NCBI GenBank assembly: GCA_017134395.1
Contig: CP070993.1
Location: 608,945 to 672,944 of the forward strand
Reading direction: 5' to 3'
DNA: 64,000 nucleotides
From: Candidatus Kaiserbacteria bacterium
GTDB taxonomy: Bacteria > Patescibacteriota > Minisyncoccia > Phycocordibacterales > UBA2100
The notes beneath the pieces are model-generated. The model was not told the origin of the DNA and ran no database searches. It saw only the letters and a program-made list of their open reading frames with translations. This document shows, piece by piece, positions 8,767 to 18,516 of the stretch. A program made the translations under genes and the position numbers. Within the stretch, counting starts at the first letter, position 1. Each line of letters starts with the position of its first letter.

Positions 8767-10722
8767 ATGAAAACGCGTTTTATCTTTGCGGCTATTTTTC
8801 TTGGTGCAGTGCTTATAACTACGCCCCACACCGTTGAAGCACAAACGGCTGACCAATTACGTCAGCAAATTGCGAATCTCCTTGCGCAAATTAGCGCACT
8901 CCAAGCACAGTTAACACCAGCTAACCCTTTAGGGCCCACAGCTCCTGTTGTTAACGTACCAGTGATTGCCAACACGAATGCGACGTTCCAGTACAGCGGG
9001 TGCCCAAATTTACAATTTAATCTTGAACGAGGCGATAGAGATGCACAGAGTGCAGTAGAAGTTACGATGCTCCAACGCTTTCTTTCACAAGATAGACAAA
9101 TATATCCAGAAGGGGAGATAACTGGCTACTTTGGACCTGCGACCGAACGAGCTGTCCAACGTTTTCAGGTTCGACACGGTATTGTTACTCAGGGTGATTA
9201 TGCCTCAACTGGATATGGAAGGGTGGGTCCTCGAACACGATGGGCGGTTAAAAATTCGTGTGGTGCTGTTGGCCCGGTAACAGATACTCATGCGTTCACC
9301 GTCACTCCTATACAAGGACCGATTGATTTAGAGGTATCAGCCACTTTTGAGTTTACTGGTTTAGCGTGTACGTCATACGAGCTCGATTGGGGAGATGGAA
9401 GTGTGAAAGAAACCCAGCAAGGACAGGGCTTAGCTGGTTGTTCAACTGATGTAGTACGTGTTGAAAAAGAACACACGTACGCAACTCCTGGGACATATAT
9501 TGTAACGTTGCGCTTGGGTAGTGGCTCACTACAGACGCTACCTGTTATCGGCAGACTCACGGTAACTGCGCAAGAAAAAAACACGGGTAATTTCCCAATA
9601 GATCCCAACGCAAAAGCGTACATTACATTTTCGGATACACAGGGGTCTGCACCGTTTGCTGCAGGTTTGATTTTACGCTCAGACGCACCCCTTTCGTGTA
9701 CGTCATACGAGATTGACTGGGGTGATGGCTCAGCCAGAGCAAAAAAAGAAGCGGGTAATTCGGAGTGTTTGAATAGCAGTGGCTTCTCTAGAGAGTTTCG
9801 ACATACATACGAGAATGCTGGTGTCTACACGGTGCGAGTGCAAGCTGGGCGCGGCAGCCTTTCAAGCTTGCCGGTCATTGAGCAGCGGGTAAATGTGCAC
9901 AGTACGCGAACGGGTACTGATAGCTCATGTTTCATTGAGCCAAACACCGGGGTAGCACCACACACAGTGCGAGCACGCATACTACTTGGTGGAGGTCTTT
10001 GTGATGGAAACCTTACGTATGTTGTAGATTGGGGAGATTTTTCTAAAAGCAGTCCACGAACCTGTGTAGATCAAAATTATCATTACGAAGAACTCGTGCA
10101 TACATACATAAGTCCTGCAGTGTACACAGCTCGACTCGAGCAGTCACACCCGAATGCTTTCTTTGATGAAGAAGTGTGTACGGTGAACGTATCTGCTTCA
10201 AACAACAACACCTCAAATAACGCGGTTACTAACTCATGCCAAAGTTGGACTGATGGATGTAACACATGTGCCCGAAATTATATTGGAGGGGCAGCCGCAT
10301 GTACAGAACGATATTGTTTACAAAAAGGGTCACCACAGTGTTATCAGTATTTTGACACCAGTGTTTCGGACGCAAGCAACGACACATTGCAATTTAGAAT
10401 TCTCAGCAGAACATCGCGCACCGTTGAGTTTACTGCGCTGATAAACACAGCACGGAGTTGTGACGGTGGTTTATATACACTGTACTTCGGGGATACACAG
10501 AAATCACCGCAGCCATTTCCTGCTGATGCGTGTTCGTCATTCGAGCGAGAAATAACGTACAAGTACCCTCAAGATGGGACCTACACCGCAGTCCTCGAGA
10601 GAGATGGTGTTGTCATTGAGCAGGTAACAGTAACGATAGGGAATACGAGTAGCGCAGCAAAAGAGAATATGGCATCTGTCCTTATCGCGATTGAGAATTT
10701 TATTCGTGGTTTATTTAAATAG
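8767..10722 (+). CDS. secreted multidomain protein, paralog 2: signal peptide, coiled coil, PG-binding-like domain, four or more PKD-like DWGDG repeats, Cys-rich CxSWTDGCNTC module
   Basis: QIANLLAQISALQAQL; LQRFLSQDR...GYFGPATERAVQRFQ; repeats CTSYELDWGDGS...HTYATPGTYIVTLRL, CTSYEIDWGDGS, VVDWGDFS. Confidence 0.7.
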   Translation: MKTRFIFAAIFLGAVLITTPHTVEAQTADQLRQQIANLLAQISALQAQLTPANPLGPTAPVVNVPVIANTNATFQYSGCPNLQFNLERGDRDAQSAVEVTMLQRFLSQDRQIYPEGEITGYFGPATERAVQRFQVRHGIVTQGDYASTGYGRVGPRTRWAVKNSCGAVGPVTDTHAFTVTPIQGPIDLEVSATFEFTGLACTSYELDWGDGSVKETQQGQGLAGCSTDVVRVEKEHTYATPGTYIVTLRLGSGSLQTLPVIGRLTVTAQEKNTGNFPIDPNAKAYITFSDTQGSAPFAAGLILRSDAPLSCTSYEIDWGDGSARAKKEAGNSECLNSSGFSREFRHTYENAGVYTVRVQAGRGSLSSLPVIEQRVNVHSTRTGTDSSCFIEPNTGVAPHTVRARILLGGGLCDGNLTYVVDWGDFSKSSPRTCVDQNYHYEELVHTYISPAVYTARLEQSHPNAFFDEEVCTVNVSASNNNTSNNAVTNSCQSWTDGCNTCARNYIGGAAACTERYCLQKGSPQCYQYFDTSVSDASNDTLQFRILSRTSRTVEFTALINTARSCDGGLYTLYFGDTQKSPQPFPADACSSFEREITYKYPQDGTYTAVLERDGVVIEQVTVTIGNTSSAAKENMASVLIAIENFIRGLFK

Positions 10723-10723
10723 T

Positions 10724-12286
10724 ATGTCACGACGTCTTATCATCCCCGCATTATTAATAGCAGCAGCAATAGTAGCTCCTGGTATTTCAAATGCGGTCAC
10801 TAATGATGACTTAAAAAACCAGATTGCAAATCTACTTAAACAGGTGCAAGTACTGCAACAGCAACTGCAAGTAGTTGAGAATTCAGGTTCTACGAGTTCT
10901 GTTGTACCTATTACATATACCAGCAGCACACCAACAGCAACTGGTTCATGTGCGAGCATCGCGTACAATTTAAACAAAGGCGATGAGAATGATGAGGTAC
11001 GAAAGTTACAACTATTTTTAGCACAAGACCCGAGCGTCTATCCAGACGCAATTGTGAGTGGATACTTTGGCTCGCTTACACAAAGGGCAGTACAAGCATG
11101 GCAAGCAAAGCACGGCATTGTGTCTGGTGGAACTCCTGCAACAACGGGGTATGGGTCGGTTGGGCCAAAAACACGAAGTGCAATGGCGAGTCTCTGTAAC
11201 GGAGGTTCTGTCACATCAAGTTCTGCGATCGCACGGAGTCTTGTGGTAACACCAGAAGTTGGACCAGTACCACTACAGGTGACAGCAACATTTTCATTAA
11301 ACGGCTCATCCTGCTCATCATACTATTTAGACTGGGGTGATGGCACACAACCGCTTTTGTTTGATGCAGGCAATACTGCGTGCACAAACGATATTGCGCA
11401 TAAACGAGCGACACATACCTATGTCCGTTCTGGTGTTCACCAGATCACATTACGTGCCGGACAAGGGCCGCTTTCAAGAGCGGGAGTTGCAGGACAAACA
11501 TTTGTATCAGTTGGTAGTACCATTACAACCGGCTTGGCACTGAGTCCATCTACAGGTTCTGTGCCGTTTACGACCAGCATTACATTTCCAGTGAAGGGCT
11601 CTACCTGTACTTCATACGAAGCAGATTGGGGAGATGGTACAGTGGATAGATTCGAACCATCAAGTTTTACTAATTGTGTACAAGATACGGGCACACAATC
11701 ACTAACACATACATACAACAACGCAGGAACATACAAAGTTGAGTTTAAAACTGGTAACGCGCGCCTTTCTCAACTTCCCGTAACAGGAAGGTGGGACGTG
11801 CTCGTCGATAATACTATTAGCGCAGATGCTTCTTTGAAGATAGAACCAACATCAGGAATAGCACCACTTGCTGTAAAGGTGACCTTAGCCGGATACAGTG
11901 AGGCATGTACTTCATATTTGATTGATTGGGGAGATGGAACACAGCCAGAATTCTATGACGGAGATTTTGAAAACTGTGAAGGGTTTAGATTCCAAAAACT
12001 GTTTACTCACGCATATACAACACCAGGTACATACACTATACGAACTAAAGTGGGTACGCGCACCGCATTGGCCAACATACCGTTCAATAGTCAATCAATT
12101 ATCGTGGGTTCACTTGGTACTGTGGAAGCAACATGTGTATATCCTAATACTCCAGTATGTGGAGAGATAGTGTTTTCGTGCCCGATAGGGTATACGTGCG
12201 ACCAGTCATACCAAACGTTTTCAAACCGCTGTGAAATGGAGTCCGCAAATGCGACTTTCGTAAAACAGGGGCGCTGTGACTTCTAA
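10724..12286 (+). CDS. secreted multidomain protein, paralog 3: signal peptide, coiled coil, PG-binding-like domain, three PKD-like repeats, C-terminal Kazal-like module
   Basis: ORF track starts at 10691 overlapping paralog 2; ATG 10724 gives signal peptide MSRRLIIPALLIAAAIVAPGISNA; QIANLLKQVQVLQQQL; CSSYYLDWGDGT, CTSYEADWGDGT, CTSYLIDWGDGT; C-term CVYPNTPVCG...TFSNRC...GRC. Confidence 0.7.
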   Translation: MSRRLIIPALLIAAAIVAPGISNAVTNDDLKNQIANLLKQVQVLQQQLQVVENSGSTSSVVPITYTSSTPTATGSCASIAYNLNKGDENDEVRKLQLFLAQDPSVYPDAIVSGYFGSLTQRAVQAWQAKHGIVSGGTPATTGYGSVGPKTRSAMASLCNGGSVTSSSAIARSLVVTPEVGPVPLQVTATFSLNGSSCSSYYLDWGDGTQPLLFDAGNTACTNDIAHKRATHTYVRSGVHQITLRAGQGPLSRAGVAGQTFVSVGSTITTGLALSPSTGSVPFTTSITFPVKGSTCTSYEADWGDGTVDRFEPSSFTNCVQDTGTQSLTHTYNNAGTYKVEFKTGNARLSQLPVTGRWDVLVDNTISADASLKIEPTSGIAPLAVKVTLAGYSEACTSYLIDWGDGTQPEFYDGDFENCEGFRFQKLFTHAYTTPGTYTIRTKVGTRTALANIPFNSQSIIVGSLGTVEATCVYPNTPVCGEIVFSCPIGYTCDQSYQTFSNRCEMESANATFVKQGRCDF

Positions 12287-12287
12287 A

Positions 12288-14426
12288 TTATTCCATGTGG
12301 AGGTCTTTCAGGTGTAGTACTATACGTTCTGCAATGCCTTCATGATTTGCGAGAGTCGGGTCACTTTCTACAAGAACAGCTGCCTCGTTTCGTGCAGCTT
12401 CAACCATTTTGATATTTTGTAGTGCTTCCATGCCTAAGTCGGAAACACCCCATTGTTGTGTGCCAGCAAGTTGCCCTGCGCCACGCAGTTTAAGATCTTC
12501 TTCTGCCAACAAAAATCCGTCTGATGCCTTTTCAAGTGCTCGTAGACGGGTAATAGATGTTTGCGTCTTACTATCAGTAAAGAGGTAACAGTAGGGCTGA
12601 TAACTAGAGCGCTGCACGCGGCCTCGTAATTGATGTAGTTGCGATAGACCAAACCGCTCAGCGCCTTCGATGATAATCATCGTTGCGTTTGGTACATTCA
12701 CTCCAACTTCTACTACAGATGTGGCTACTAGTACATCAATATCGCCAGCTTCAAACGCTTGCATTACCTCGTCCTTTTCTTTCGGTGTCATTTTTCCATG
12801 CAGAATGTCTACCTTGTACTCTTTGAGAGGTCCGTCTTGTAAACGTTTTGCCTCAGCTCGTACCGACTTCACTCGCAGTGCGAGTGCTTTGTCGGGATCT
12901 GGCTCCTCAATACGAGGGCAAATCACGTACATTTGTCTTCCGCTCATTAGTTCGCTCCGAACACCTGTGTATACATCTTCTCGTTTACTTGGGGGAACCA
13001 CTTTTGTTTGTATTGTTTTCCTGCCTTTAGGACGCTCATCAAGAACAGACAGATCGAGATCTCCGTAGATTGTAAGGGAGAGTGTACGTGGGATAGGTGT
13101 CGCAGTCATCGAAAGTAAGTGCGGGGCGGAGCCATCTTTTTGTGCGAGTTTCTTGCGTTGCTGTGTGCCAAAGCGGTGCTGCTCATCAATAACAACGTAG
13201 GCAAGGTTCTCAAATTGTACCGTTTTTTGGATGAGTGCATGAGTCCCAACAACAATTGGAATTTCACCGTTCGCTACCCATTTTGAAAGCTGCGCCCGAG
13301 ATATTTTTGTTGCTTCTTTTGGATTAACTTTTGAAGGAAACTTCTGACACCCACTCCCAGTAATGAGACCTATAGGGATAGAAGAGTGTTCAAAGGCTTC
13401 AATGAGACCTGCGAATTGTTGTTTAGCAAGAATTTCGGTTGGAACCATATAGGCAACTTGTGGTTTGGCATACTTCTTTTCTTCAATTGCGCCGCGAGCT
13501 ATCGCATACATAGTTGCGGCTGCAACAGTTGTTTTGCCAGACCCAACATCTCCTTCAAGAAGGCGTGACATCGGATACGATTTCTTAAAGTCCTTCATGA
13601 TGTCTTTTATAGATTTCTTCTGTGCGTTGGTTGGTGTGTACGGAAGTGCATCGAGATAGCTTTCGAGAGCATCTTCGTTTGCTGTGACGTGCGGAGCTTT
13701 TAACTCCTGTGTATCGTGGCGATTTTTTTGGTGGGCCACTTGAATAAGAAATACTTCTTCAAACGAAAACCGTTTACGCGCTGCACTGGCATCGCGAGTA
13801 TTTTGAGGAGTATGCACCCACACAAGAGCAGATGCGATAGTTGGGAGCTTATATTTTTTCAGTATTTCTTCAGGTATTAAATCAGAAATATGTTCGTGTA
13901 CGCCGCTTTCGAGTATCTTGTGCACTGCATGGTATATCCATCGACTACTAACTCCACGACTCTCTGGGTACACAGGAAATAGCTCATTACTGAGCGTTTC
14001 GTTATCAAATACAGCAGGAAGGTTAGGCATTGCTTCAACTGTTGGATTTGCAAAGTATAGTTTTCCGGTGCCTGTAGGTTTGCCAGTTACTTTTACAAAC
14101 TTAGCGTGTTCAAACATTTTGGCAGCGTATGGTTGGTTGAACCATTTTAAACCAATGCTACCTGTTGCGTCAGTTAGCGTCCCTTCCACCATATAGCGTT
14201 TCGTTTTCCAGGCGAGTTTCTTTTCGAGGTTCATCAGCTCGCCGTACACAGTAACTGTTTCGTTGGGAACTACATCAATAATGCGTCGGGCAGCTCCTAC
14301 GTCTTCGTAGCGACTAGGAAAGTGAAAGAGTAGGTCTTGCACAGTGTGAATTCCGAGTTTCTCAAGTGCTGCTTTCTGTGTCTTTATAAGACGGAAGTGC
14401 TGTGTAAGTTCGTCCTGTGGTTGCAT
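12288..14426 (-). CDS. recG: ATP-dependent DNA helicase RecG
   Basis: N-terminal wedge motif DLLFHFPSRYED, Walker A GDVGSGKT, DEQHRFG, SF2 helicase C-terminal motifs (QLHQLRGRV). Confidence 0.92.
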   Translation of the reverse strand: MQPQDELTQHFRLIKTQKAALEKLGIHTVQDLLFHFPSRYEDVGAARRIIDVVPNETVTVYGELMNLEKKLAWKTKRYMVEGTLTDATGSIGLKWFNQPYAAKMFEHAKFVKVTGKPTGTGKLYFANPTVEAMPNLPAVFDNETLSNELFPVYPESRGVSSRWIYHAVHKILESGVHEHISDLIPEEILKKYKLPTIASALVWVHTPQNTRDASAARKRFSFEEVFLIQVAHQKNRHDTQELKAPHVTANEDALESYLDALPYTPTNAQKKSIKDIMKDFKKSYPMSRLLEGDVGSGKTTVAAATMYAIARGAIEEKKYAKPQVAYMVPTEILAKQQFAGLIEAFEHSSIPIGLITGSGCQKFPSKVNPKEATKISRAQLSKWVANGEIPIVVGTHALIQKTVQFENLAYVVIDEQHRFGTQQRKKLAQKDGSAPHLLSMTATPIPRTLSLTIYGDLDLSVLDERPKGRKTIQTKVVPPSKREDVYTGVRSELMSGRQMYVICPRIEEPDPDKALALRVKSVRAEAKRLQDGPLKEYKVDILHGKMTPKEKDEVMQAFEAGDIDVLVATSVVEVGVNVPNATMIIIEGAERFGLSQLHQLRGRVQRSSYQPYCYLFTDSKTQTSITRLRALEKASDGFLLAEEDLKLRGAGQLAGTQQWGVSDLGMEALQNIKMVEAARNEAAVLVESDPTLANHEGIAERIVLHLKDLHME

Positions 14427-14521
14427 CAGATAAGTATACTATGTTGCCAGTGTCTTTTTATATTAGAAACACTTATCAACAGGTACCTTGTAATACAAAG
14501 TACCTCATGTATACTGCTCAC

Positions 14522-14878
14522 ATGGAGATAGTAGATTTTAATGTAGAAAATGCTCGCATACAGATGCGCAAGGGACTCTTAGAGTTTCCCATTCTGTTGA
14601 TTGTTGCAGACGGCGAGGTGTACGCCTCCGATATCTTGCAGCAGCTTAAAAAAGCAGACCTTATCGTGGTGGAGGGAACTTTGTACCCACTATTGAGTCG
14701 CTTGAAGAAGAATGGCCTCCTCGAGTATGTATGGCGAGAGTCCAAAAGCGGTCCGCCGCGAAAATATTATAAGCTCACGCAAGAAGGAGAGAAGGTACTA
14801 AACGAATTATTAGAAACATGGAACGTATTAAGCAGCTCGATTAATAAACTTAAAAAGACATATGAAAAAAGTAGTTAA
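14522..14878 (+). CDS. PadR family transcriptional regulator
   Basis: GTLYPLLSRLKKNGLLE...RKYYKLT winged-helix signature; ORF track opens at 14417, in-frame ATGs at 14507 and 14522. Confidence 0.7.
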   Translation: MEIVDFNVENARIQMRKGLLEFPILLIVADGEVYASDILQQLKKADLIVVEGTLYPLLSRLKKNGLLEYVWRESKSGPPRKYYKLTQEGEKVLNELLETWNVLSSSINKLKKTYEKSS

Positions 14879-16529
14879 TATCGCAATAGGGGGAATAGTG
14901 TTTTCAATAGAAGAGGATGCTTACGCAACACTTTCAACATATCTTGAGACAATCCGTGGGCACTTTCAAGCTGCTGACGCACAGGGCGAGATAGTAGATG
15001 ACATAGAACTCGGTATTGCAGAAAAGTTTAGCAAAAAGAGCAAGGGGTCTGTTATTCGCAGTACTGATGTAGAAGCGATTATTTCAGAAATGGGCACCAT
15101 TGCAGATTTTAAAGAAATGGATGAGGGGGCAGTAGATGCTACTGCAGCAGAAAGCGACGAAAAACCTCGCAAGAAATTATATCGAAATGTTGATGATCAA
15201 ATAATTGCTGGTGTTGCCTCAGGAATTGCGTCCTATTTTGGCATTGACCCAGTATTTGTTCGGTTAACATTCGTGATAGCGATATTCCTCAATGGAGTCG
15301 GTATACTCGCGTACCTTGTATTGTGGCTTGTCATGCCAGCGGCTGAGACACTCTCGCAGAAATTAGAGATGAAAGGGGAGCCGGTTACGCTGCATGAATT
15401 TGAAAAGATGGTGAAGGATAAGATTCCCGACGATGCTGCAGAGCGTACGTCTGCAGTAACACGGTTCCTTAAGATTCCGTTTGAGATTTTAGGCGGCATA
15501 CTTAGGTTCATTGGCAGGGTGTTACGAAACATTGGGCCTATTGCACGCATGATCATTGGTGCCGTTGTTATATTAGTGAGTGCGTCAGCTGTCGTTGGTT
15601 TTTCTATCGCACTGACGGGCCTACACTTCAGTATCAACTCGGGTATTTTTGAGCTTCCTGTCCGCGAATTTCTTGACGGCTCAACATACTTTGGGGCACT
15701 CGCATCACTCTATGCACTTGCGCTTATTCCAGCTGCAGTTGGTGTGTTGCTTGGCGCGGCTCTGTTGAAGATGGTGAGCAAGTATACTGGCGTAATTATC
15801 GGAGCACTTGCCGTAGTATGGTTAGTTGCTCTGTTTAGCGTTGGCCATACTGTTTCTAGTAGTGTGCCAGAATACAAAGCGTACTTCGATAACATGGCGA
15901 CAGTAGAGCACATACACGAGCTCGAGGCGTTTACCGATGTATCCGTATTCTCAGGAGACAATGTCACCATACAAGAAGGGGATACATACGAAATTGTTGT
16001 TTCAGGAAAAGAAGCGAGTGTTGCGCGAAGAACATTTGAGGTACATGGCGGTGAACTCGTTATAAACGACGAACAGCACAGCGTATGCATTGGCTGTTTT
16101 AACCGTCCAGTCGATATAGTAGTAACAACACCTACACTCGAGGCCATCAATGCTTCTCACGGTGCGAAAGTTACTGCGGCGCAGTTCGAAGCTGAAACAT
16201 TCTCTGTGATACTGAGGCATTCTGCTGATCTCGAACTCGATATTGTTGCTGACAAATTGGTAGCGGATATAGCCCACTCATCTGAGCTGGTTCTTGAAGG
16301 TTTGGTAGACGAGCTAACAGTAGAAGCCGTGTATTCATCACACATTGATACCTCTAATCTTGAAAACGAGAAAACTTCTATGGAGCTACGACACTCGAGT
16401 AGTGCTGACATAGGGATTACCGAGGTACTTAATGTAACTACTCGTTACAGTAGCAGCGCACGATACGATGGCGACCCACAGCTCACACAGGACACATCGA
16501 ATTCTTCAAGTTTTAAGAAAAAGTTCTAA
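14862..16529 (+). CDS. PspC-domain membrane protein with C-terminal DUF4097-like beta-rich domain
   Basis: KKLYRNVDDQIIAGVASGIASYFGIDPVFVRLTFVIAIF...AYLVLWLVMP matches the PspC domain; multiple TM segments; overlaps PadR gene by 17 nt (operon). Confidence 0.75.
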   Translation: MKKVVNIAIGGIVFSIEEDAYATLSTYLETIRGHFQAADAQGEIVDDIELGIAEKFSKKSKGSVIRSTDVEAIISEMGTIADFKEMDEGAVDATAAESDEKPRKKLYRNVDDQIIAGVASGIASYFGIDPVFVRLTFVIAIFLNGVGILAYLVLWLVMPAAETLSQKLEMKGEPVTLHEFEKMVKDKIPDDAAERTSAVTRFLKIPFEILGGILRFIGRVLRNIGPIARMIIGAVVILVSASAVVGFSIALTGLHFSINSGIFELPVREFLDGSTYFGALASLYALALIPAAVGVLLGAALLKMVSKYTGVIIGALAVVWLVALFSVGHTVSSSVPEYKAYFDNMATVEHIHELEAFTDVSVFSGDNVTIQEGDTYEIVVSGKEASVARRTFEVHGGELVINDEQHSVCIGCFNRPVDIVVTTPTLEAINASHGAKVTAAQFEAETFSVILRHSADLELDIVADKLVADIAHSSELVLEGLVDELTVEAVYSSHIDTSNLENEKTSMELRHSSSADIGITEVLNVTTRYSSSARYDGDPQLTQDTSNSSSFKKKF

Positions 16530-16550
16530 CAGCCACTCGTGGCATCGTAC

Positions 16551-16586
16551 AAAACGAACGCCTCAATTTATTGAGGCGTTCGTTTT
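16551..16586. terminator. bidirectional terminator hairpin aaaacgaacgcctcaatttattgaggcgttcgtttt
   Basis: 15-bp stem between convergent genes. Confidence 0.6.
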
Positions 16587-16608
16587 GGCTTAGCTAAGCA
16601 CTTTTTGG

Positions 16609-17250
16609 CTACATTCGTTTTGTTTTCCCGTGTACTGCGAGCAAAACAATGCTACTCAATATGGTGAAGATTCCGGCGAAGAAGAGTGTCCATTCAAATC
16701 CAAATATTTCTCCAACAAATCCGGCAACGATAATAGCGAGCCCATACACTACCTGCATGACTGTTTCGTATATCCCCATAACTTCACCCTCATTCTTTTC
16801 AGGAATATTACCGTAAAATAAAATTCGCCATGCTGAAATATCGAGCGCGTGCCCAATTCCTATGGCAATCATTCCTGCGTATATATGCCAGAGGTCCGTT
16901 GCAAAAAAGAGAGCAAGATAGGTAAATCCAACCAGTAATCCAGAAGAGAGGAGAGTGTAGTACTCATCAATGTGTCCTTTTCGGTCATCGAGATATTGGC
17001 CAATAGGTATAGCAGAAAGTGCGCGAATAGCTCTGTATAAACCAAAAACTAATCCAACATGAATAGCGGTACCACCTTCGATATTTTGAGTAATGTACAA
17101 TGCAAAAATAACGCCGACAAACACATCGGAGCCCCAAAAGGCTGCGTCGTTAAGCGTCAGTGCTGAAAGAACCTGAGATTTCCTGCCTTTGTATAAACGA
17201 GGAAGCATTGAGGTAAGTATACCGTATGTATAAGGGATATATATGCGCAT
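16609..17250 (-). CDS. MFS-type transporter-like membrane protein (about 6 TM; half-size or truncated)
   Basis: hydrophobic segments with MFS-like loop YLDDRKG; ORF track start TTG 17265, first ATG 17250. Confidence 0.5.
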   Translation of the reverse strand: MRIYIPYTYGILTSMLPRLYKGRKSQVLSALTLNDAAFWGSDVFVGVIFALYITQNIEGGTAIHVGLVFGLYRAIRALSAIPIGQYLDDRKGHIDEYYTLLSSGLLVGFTYLALFFATDLWHIYAGMIAIGIGHALDISAWRILFYGNIPEKNEGEVMGIYETVMQVVYGLAIIVAGFVGEIFGFEWTLFFAGIFTILSSIVLLAVHGKTKRM

Positions 17251-17369
17251 AATGTTGATTGACAAACAGGAGGTTGATTACCACAATACAGAACATGTAT
17301 AACCCACAAAATTTGCACGAATGTGAGATGGAGAAAAAGCGTAAGCGGCGCAAAGTGGTAGACGGTTTT

Positions 17370-17603
17370 ATGACGATAATTGGTATTGTTGCTTCGGTAT
17401 CGAGTATTCCTCAAGTGCTTAAAATTTGGGAGACAGGGGATGTAGCTGGCATCTCACTTGCAACGCAAGTTATTGCACTTGGTGCCGTTATTTCTTGGTT
17501 CCTGTATGGTCTTTACATAAAGAACAAACCACTTGCTATCACAAGTGGACTTTCAACGCTTGTACTAGGTATCGTCGTCATTCAGATTTTCATGCATCGG
17601 TAG
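17370..17603 (+). CDS. SemiSWEET / PQ-loop family transporter
   Basis: TM1 ending in PQ motif (VSSIPQVLKIWETGDVAGISL), 3 TM, about 78 aa; ORF opens at TTG 17259, alternative ATGs at 17295 and 17328. Confidence 0.6.
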   Translation: MTIIGIVASVSSIPQVLKIWETGDVAGISLATQVIALGAVISWFLYGLYIKNKPLAITSGLSTLVLGIVVIQIFMHR

Positions 17604-17698
17604 ATGTTGCTCTTGCTTATTGAGCCGAAAACGGATCGCCTAGTTTTTTATACCCTAGATGATTATAATGAGGCTATTAATCATAATTAACTAACTAT

Positions 17699-18022
17699 AT
17701 GAATATGAAAAGTACCATCTCTATCATCCTAGCCCTTATTGTTTTAGCAGGTGCTTACTATTTCTTTATGAGCACAGAAAAGGGTGTGTCGCCAGTAACA
17801 GAAAGCCAAGCGGGAGAAATCGATAATTCAACCTTATATGATGAGGCACGCTTTATAGGCATGACAGAAGCAGAAGCATCAGCATACGCTGAAGCAAACA
17901 ATGTTCGGTTTAGGGTTGGCAAAATAGACGGTGAAGGATTAGCGGTAACTGCAGATTTTGTTATTGGACGAATCACAGCTGAAATTGAAGACGGGATTGT
18001 TGTTGGATATACAGTTGAGTAG
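17699..18022 (+). CDS. small membrane-anchored protein with C-terminal potato-inhibitor-I/I78-like segment
   Basis: N-terminal signal anchor; C-terminal GLAVTADFVIGRITAEIEDGIVVGYT resembles the protease inhibitor I13/I78 fold. Confidence 0.45.
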   Translation: MNMKSTISIILALIVLAGAYYFFMSTEKGVSPVTESQAGEIDNSTLYDEARFIGMTEAEASAYAEANNVRFRVGKIDGEGLAVTADFVIGRITAEIEDGIVVGYTVE

Positions 18023-18077
18023 GGGTGGATGACATTTTGTTTCTTGAGTTAACATTTATTACCGTCAAAACCTGACG

Positions 18078-18446
18078 CTAGTTATGTGCGCAGTGCAACA
18101 TCAAGTCATTGCCATCGGGATCAGTAAATAAGGCCATATAGCAACCACCAGTGTCCATGATTTCTCCAGCAAATTCTATTCCCTTGGCTTCAAGCTCTTT
18201 ACGAGCTTCAGCTACGTTTTCAACATGAAGTGCTAGATGAGCATTCTTTTGAGGTTCGAATTTCATGCCAATCTTTTCTGGTTCCCAGATACCGAAACAG
18301 GTGTCGCCAATCCAAAATTCATATGTAGCCTTAGGGTCGGGACGCAAACCAAGTGTGTCGACGTAAAAAGCTCTCGAACGCTCAGCGTCGGTAGAGGGTA
18401 TACCGACAAAATCAAGTTTAGTTATTGAATTTTTTAGTGTCTTCAT
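18078..18446 (-). CDS. VOC-family (glyoxalase/bleomycin-resistance fold) protein
   Basis: 122 aa; FYVDTLG...HLALHVENV...ALFTDPDGN pattern. Confidence 0.8.
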   Translation of the reverse strand: MKTLKNSITKLDFVGIPSTDAERSRAFYVDTLGLRPDPKATYEFWIGDTCFGIWEPEKIGMKFEPQKNAHLALHVENVAEARKELEAKGIEFAGEIMDTGGCYMALFTDPDGNDLMLHCAHN

Positions 18447-18516
18447 ATATTTACTTTGTGAGAGTTATTTATTAATTTTATCATAGTAGAGAAAAAACAA
18501 GCTGTATTTTAATCTA

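Noticed and set aside
10691-10723. ORF-track start of paralog 3 overlapping paralog 2 by 32 nt
   Set aside because: The in-frame ATG at 10724 yields a canonical signal peptide and abuts the upstream stop.
14966-16411. Several minus-strand ORFs inside the PspC-domain gene and PadR region
   Set aside because: Antisense to a gene with a recognisable domain. Ala- and Ser-rich junk translations.
17267-17276. Strong AGGAGG followed immediately by an in-frame TTG (possible SemiSWEET start)
   Set aside because: Zero spacing between SD and start codon is non-functional. Probably fortuitous.
17150-17414. Two minus-strand ORFs upstream of the MFS-like gene that would extend it
   Set aside because: Different frames, no hydrophobic helices, and they overlap the SemiSWEET gene region.
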